Shown: positions 55,846 through 64,000 of the stretch, one piece after another
How positions within the stretch are numbered: the first letter of the stretch is position 1
Layout: every line of letters begins with the position of its first letter
Source of the DNA: Eledone cirrhosa
Taxonomy: Eukaryota
Length of the DNA: 64,000 bases
Assembly: GCA_964016885.1 (NCBI GenBank)
Contig: OZ024742.1
Coordinates: forward strand, 99,758,001-99,822,000
Direction: 5' to 3'
Position numbers and translations under genes: made by a program
The notes under the pieces: generated by a model
The model's input: only the letters and a program-made list of their open reading frames with translations
Told to the model about the DNA's origin: nothing
Databases searched by the model: none

Positions 55846-57135
55846 TTGAAAACAATGGGAAGGATTGAAGTAACGTGCGAGGTGGTTTCTCTCACCCAGA
55901 AATGGATCGAGAGGAAGCTATCCTTGAAAGGCCGGGATGAGGTGGCGATCACGTACATCGCGTCCGGCATCTACTACCGCCTGGCCGTCGTGCCTTGTCA
56001 TAACGCACGTCTGACTGCACAGGAGCGTCTACTCTTTCGCCTTTTGTTGAGTGGCTAGGTTCCATTGGTCAGGTTGTCCATGTGCTGTCAACACCCGCTA
56101 CGTGGAGGATTGGGTATGTCGTGGCTGATGATACGCAAACGTGCGCTGATGCTACGACATCGCCATCTCTTCCTCGACGGTGAACAGGTGTGGTCGTTGA
56201 CGGAGCAGCAATCGTGGGTCAAGCTAAGACCTAGAGAGAGAAAATGGAGACTGGAATGTCTTCAAGCGCTCACAGCCCTCAGCCAATCGAGCCCTACGGT
56301 CGGTGGAAAATTCACCTAAACGTTCTATAAAGGGTCAGTGGAGGGTTAGAGTGATGACTACCTTTGGGAGACTCTGTCCAGAGGACTGTCGGTCGAGGGC
56401 CCATAGATATCTTACAGAAATCCATGGCCTGTCAGTGTTGCCAAGGAGCTTTGCCAGTTTGGAATGAACTCTAAGGCATGGAAGTCCGAGCCAGTCCGAG
56501 GTGTGCACAGGGCGTCGAAACCGTCATGCATGCACATATTGAGTGTCCGAGTATTGCTTACCTGTGGATTTATGTCGAGCACCCGCTTTGACGTGTAGGA
56601 AATATCCGACTCTCAACTGAGTCTATTGTGAAGATCGCTCCAACGTCCTCCTTTAGACAGGTAGTTTTTATCTGCCTTGTGGTCATGGCCAAAGAGGTCG
56701 TGTGCTGGATCCGTTTGAAAGGGTTGAAGACAGTTATTTTCCTCTTCGGCGAAGCCTTGATTAACTTTTTCAAATTTCACTTGAAAAGGAAAATAAGGGT
56801 AGAGAGGGAAGTGCTGCCTTCTAACCAGTCTATTGAAAGGTGGGTGAGCGTTTGAATGGGTCAGCCTTGGGCATAACCCTGTAGATTGGAGTAGAAAAAC
56901 TGGGAGAGGGCATATTGACCAATCGGACCAGGGTGACCGGGGCTTTTGTGGTATTTCTACACAAGTGATCCATAGAGTCTCCTCACCTTTGGGGAATTGT
57001 TTATGTTTGTTTTAAATGTTTATTTTCTTGGTCTCTGTTATGATTGTTATTTCACACGCAGAACAAACCACACTCTAGCTTCCCGTACCGTCTTTTGTTT
57101 CCTTAATGTGAGCCCTTTGTGGCTAATAAAGAAAG
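55846..57135 (+). mobile_element. L1/Tx1-like LINE 3' fragment (decayed ORF2 C-terminus and 3'UTR)
   Basis: W..RKLSLKGR, GGLGM, a Cys/His remnant, and AATAAA near 57125. Confidence 0.8.
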
Positions 57136-57787
57136 CATAATAATAATAATTATTATTATTATTATTATTATTATTGTTGTTGTTGTTGTTTTTGTTGTTG
57201 TTTGAGATTTTGCTGTTCCTTCAGTTTTGTTTCCATTTCTTTCCGAATTGACACCAAGGTCAAAGAATCTCGCTGCATACATTGGTAAACAAAAAAATAA
57301 ACACACAAGATTGGTCACGTCACGCACTTTACACGGTTATAAGTATATCATTTGCTTTATACATCTGCACATTATCTATTTAAAATCATATTTAGAAGAG
57401 AATGATATTCAATCATATAAGAGTGCTCAATTATTTACAACTTAGATAATTATGCAATATAATCTAATAAAGTTAAGTAAAAAAATCATGCGTGATTTTC
57501 TTTTTCACAGCGATAGTGCCTGTTGTTATTATTATTATTGTTGTTATTGTTGATGATCTTGTCGTCGTTGTTGTTGTATTATTTCAAATTGTTTCTTCGT
57601 GTGCATATACAAATTTAGAAACTAAGATATTTCAAAGTAATTATATTTTCATTTATGTAATAATTTAACAAACACTCAAACTATTACATAGTAAATTAAC
57701 ACAATTATTCTAATATAATGTTCAGCTTTAACCAGATAGGAAGCATTTTCAACTAATAAATCATTTTCTTTGACAATAAGTACTCAC

Positions 57788-57814
57788 CAACAAATAGTAG
57801 TAACTCTTTCGAAA
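57788..57814 (-). CDS. Candidate 27-nt micro-exon
   Basis: Acceptor gttctattgtatAG, donor TTG/GTGAGTA, open in all three frames. Confidence 0.25.
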
Positions 57815-57901
57815 CTATACAATAGAACATGATAAGATGTTAAAACCCGAACTTTAGTACATATATTTCACTCTTTACTCTTAGACTTAATTAAAGCACC
57901 A

Positions 57902-58521
57902 TTATCTCTCTCCGTATACAATTATTTGTCTCCCTGTCTGTCTGTATTTTCCTTATGCATTCTCAAACGGCTCGACCAAATCAAATCAAATTTTCACAAG
58001 GTAATAGTATTAGACCTCCGGATTTACAACATGTAATTTTTATTTTCATTTCGATTAAAACAATATAACATTTTAACTAAAATAATCTTTCTATACTAAA
58101 CTATAATAAACTGACATTTTATAACACAACGACGACGACGTTGCATTTTGTATCTGAGTGTCTATTTATGTGTCTATGAGTGTGTGTGTGTGTGTTTGCG
58201 CGTTCGTTACGTACGTTAGGCCTTAGTAAGTTACATACACACACATCTTCACTTAAACATTTCATCAGATACACAGAGAATTAAACACACACACACACAT
58301 CTACACATGTGATGACACAATGAATATTCTTTACCCTAAGGTGCTTCAAGATTGAAAGATTTTTCATTTCTAAATTTCATTATCACTACAATTTTGATAT
58401 ATTTTTAAATAGAATATAGATATTTTGAAATAATTATAAGAAAAAAAATATTCATATATATTATTTACTAATCTGAATAAGAACAGCAGAAACCCGGGCA
58501 GCGCTGGGTCATTCAGTTAGT
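57902..58521 (+). mobile_element. Helitron-like non-autonomous element (decayed)
   Basis: 5' 'gtctgtctgt..aaacggctcgaccaaatc..aaatttt'. 3' GC hairpin cccgggcagcgctggg followed by cagTTAGt. Confidence 0.45.
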
Positions 58522-58856
58522 AAGATATATTCATTTTAATCTTTGGATTTACAATTAGAAATTTCCTTTTAAAATCAGCTATTTATTTAGTTAGGTTAGA
58601 GTATCTTTACTATAGTTAACTTGATCTCAACTTCTTTTCGACCTTCAGACAATACAAACCGTTATCTTATGCTTTCTTTATTATATTCAAATCTACCCCA
58701 ATGTTAACATAATAATTCATATTTTCATTTATATTCTAGTGTTATTTCTTTCTCACGCTATATCGTAATTCCACATCAGGTTTCCTTAATTACATATTTA
58801 ATTAGATAATACCAATGTTTTAACATATACCAAAATGTCTTCACTAAGAATATTTA

Positions 58857-58889
<33 letters not shown>

Positions 58890-58911
58890 CATACATACAT
58901 ACATACATACA

Positions 58912-58942
<31 letters not shown>

Positions 58943-59246
58943 GTACATAATATTGATTGAACTCAACTCTGTAAGACATAATGTTATTTAAAGTTATGTA
59001 TGGTGTATATTCATATCTTTGTATATCTAAGCAAGCAGAAGTTCTCTTTGTGCAAAATAATTAAGACGCAATACTATTAAATGTATTTGTTTTCAGACTG
59101 CATATAATATGCGTGTGTGTCAGTGAATAACATTGTAAATATGTATATATATACATACATAGATACATACATTCAAATCACAGACACACACACAGTCACA
59201 CACAGTCACACACAATCACACACACAAACACCCACATATTCACACA

Positions 59247-59292
<46 letters not shown>

Positions 59293-59297
<5 letters not shown>

Positions 59298-60058
59298 TTA
59301 TATGAATCAAAGTTCTGTTCAAATCATTTATATGCTTACAATTGTTTCTTCCAAACCGAGGTTTGGGGGTCTTCAGAGCAATTTATTAATGATTGATTAC
59401 ATACATGACCTCCTTTTCAATCCACGAGACATACAGAAACATACAGATAAAAGATAAAAGATACATTACCAGTACAACCCCCTTAATACTATTGATTGCC
59501 CGCTTGAAGTGCTTGTATTACATATAACACCCTGCCGCACTATAATATTATATAAATAAGACACACGTGCTTGCCACACGTGTAACTATTGCACACACTG
59601 ACTACCCTATCGCATTAATTTCATGTTGTATTTTAACTTTAATTTTAATTTTATCCTCTTTTGATATGACTGTAATCTTTAAATGTATACTGCCACGCTA
59701 AATGTTATAATGGATGTCAACCCACCGAGCAACAATATATGCATATGTTTCTGTATGTTTCTTGGGTTGAAAAGGAGGTCATGTATGTAATCAATCATTA
59801 ATAAATTGCTCCGAGGACTCCAAACCTCGGTTTGGAAGAAACAATTGTAAGCATATAAATGATTTGAACAGAACTTTGATTCATATAACTTATATATAAC
59901 TGCTCTGTAAAACAACTGATGTTATTACATTGAGCTATTTATCTTACTGGTAATAAGGTAGTAATATATTACGGCCTATCGCTATTTAGGGTTTGAAAAA
60001 ATATATATAACTACAAAAGTTTTTGTATATGCATAACCATAAATAGTATCCTTAATAC
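59293..60058. mobile_element. Fold-back HHR element in (TA)n
   Basis: Arms 59293-59443 and ~59744-59893, a ~300-bp spacer and a right tail. Confidence 0.85.
59333..59380 (-). ncRNA. Type I HHR
   Basis: ugcu-CUGAAGA-cc-CCAAACC uc GGUUUGG-aa-GAAA-CAAUUG-UA^-agca. The right copy at 59807-59853 reads CCGAGGA. Confidence 0.85.
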
Positions 60059-60071
60059 TATATATATATAT

Positions 60072-60427
60072 TCTAGCAGTCCTTTTCTCACTTACAACCA
60101 GCTGGGGTCAGACGTATTTTTTCGTTCGCCCACACGCTCTCGAACTTAAGTTCTCTCATCGTGTGGTCTTGGATTCTCTTACCTTAAGTTGCTCGCACAT
60201 TGCTCAGTTTGTTGTTTTTTTCGATGTTTTCTCTTTTCTTCCCTTTTCCCTTCTATATTCCTTCCCTCCCTCCCTCATCCGTTTTCCCAATAACTTACCC
60301 AGTTATTGAACGCTCTGTGCGGTTGGTAGATATCTTGTCTTTAAAGCGTGGAAATATTCGAGACCCCCCACTGATGAGGAAAATTCCACCCGTTCTTGCT
60401 TTCTTCTCATTCTCACTCCATCTTAAG

Positions 60428-60428
<1 letters not shown>
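60072..60428 (+). mobile_element. Repeat family X copy in (TA)n
   Basis: Colinear with 15135-15490. Confidence 0.8.
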
Positions 60429-60498
<70 letters not shown>

Positions 60499-61727
60499 CA
60501 TTCCAACTAATAAGAATTTCTGCATTTGCTTTGTTATTTTTGAACTACATGTGTCTTTCGTGTATTTTTTTAATTCTTTTTGTATTGTGCAAGCGCGTGT
60601 TGAAGCAGATAGAGTTATAGTTCGGAAAAGTCACGCTATCAATTAAATCATCGGTTGTCTTGACAATCAGATGGTTATTTCAATTGGCAAAGCTCATTCG
60701 TCACACATTCTGTGACTTTCTCAATGAAAAGAATGGAATGGAATCAAAATTAGACGTATCTATATTGAAGGCACGAATTAGTAAATTCGAAACCCTAGCC
60801 ATATTTCAATGGTAATTCATAACATTCTGTTGAAACTTTCCTACACAAGTCTGGTCCTATGTCTAAAACAACCATTATATATATTTCCCAATCTGTGGAA
60901 TCAAAAATTAAGAGAAAATTACTTATTTTACTTTCGAACGAAATGAAAACCCAATACTCTTATGCTTTTACACTCGACTGAACAGAAATATATTTCGAAA
61001 TGTACTTCTATAGTGAAAAACTCTTAAGATTTTTGATATCTTCATCTCAATGTCTTTTTAAATGTTATTCTTCTGGAAGAAAAATACGAAATGATGACCA
61101 TAAGTATAAAGGAGGATGAGGAAAACAATATATGGCTGTCAAATGTGACGTAGTTGCCTTAGGCCTGTTGTTCTACTTCCCAATCTCTTCACTGAAGGCA
61201 AGTGTTTTCTCAACATCAACCTAAATCTTGTGATGCCATCTGTTTGTTTGTTTTTTTTCTTTATTTTATTAAAAACGAAAGTGACAGATCATTCATAAAA
61301 AAGGTCTGTATGGATTGATCGACTGTTTACCATTTAAATTGTCACTGGAATTTTATAAGGATCCGGCTTCTATAAGTCTCGGTCTAAACGAAGGGATAAG
61401 CAATCTTGATAACCGTTAACAAACGAGAAACAGCTGTCGGTTGCTTCCCTCTGTTTTTGCCGTGACTAAGTAAGTGAAATAGTCACTACTTTAAAACGCA
61501 TAGCAAATGGTCTTCAAAATGTTTGTAAATAAACATACAATATATTATCAAATATACTATACATACATTCATATATATATATATGTAGATGTGTGTGCAT
61601 GTGTGTGTGTGTATTAGCGAGTTGGGCTCTGGCCGTTTTGACATCAATTTCTATATAGATATATAAGTGACCATGGAAATCGTTGATCAATCCATACAGA
61701 CGCTTCTCATGAAAGTTCTGTCCCTTT

Positions 61728-61799
<72 letters not shown>

Positions 61800-61850
61800 C
61801 TGTTCGTAAAAACAAAAGAAGTAAATAATCAATAAGTAATGTTGAAGTTG

Positions 61851-64000
<2,150 letters not shown>

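Noticed and set aside
61090-61153. Peptide ISIKEDEENNIWLSNV, vaguely kinesin-like
   Set aside because: It is too short, ends in a stop, and has no convincing splice sites.

Overview
This is very AT-rich eukaryotic DNA packed with microsatellites ((TA)n, (CT)n, (GT)n, (TACA)n). The SINE families and the LINE tail suggest a cephalopod (octopus-like) intronic or intergenic region; that assignment is inferred, not proven. No intact host gene is visible, only a few possible minus-strand micro-exons, and almost all ORF-track entries are microsatellite artefacts. The real coding remnants are retroelements: a 5'-truncated CR1/L2-group LINE RT (9.1-11.2 kb), L1/Tx1 fragments, an RTE fragment with a 5' inversion, and several Penelope-like elements (PLEs) with RT and/or GIY-YIG domains (15.5, 25.3, 26.6-28.9 and 62-64 kb). 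There are also tRNA-SINEs, two TIR elements and Helitron-like pieces. The main unexplained signal is about a dozen mostly unrelated non-coding fold-back (inverted-repeat) inserts, almost all lying in or against (TA)n tracts. Most carry a type I hammerhead ribozyme (HHR) in the arms, reading outward from the centre, and one arm has an extra 3' tail. I read about 12 HHRs with intact or compensated cores and about as many decayed copies. One insert is homologous to the HHR-bearing 3' end of the PLE at 62-64 kb. This points to a PLE-mobilised, microsatellite-targeted family of ribozyme hairpin retroelements. All folds were read by eye and coordinates are approximate to a few bp.
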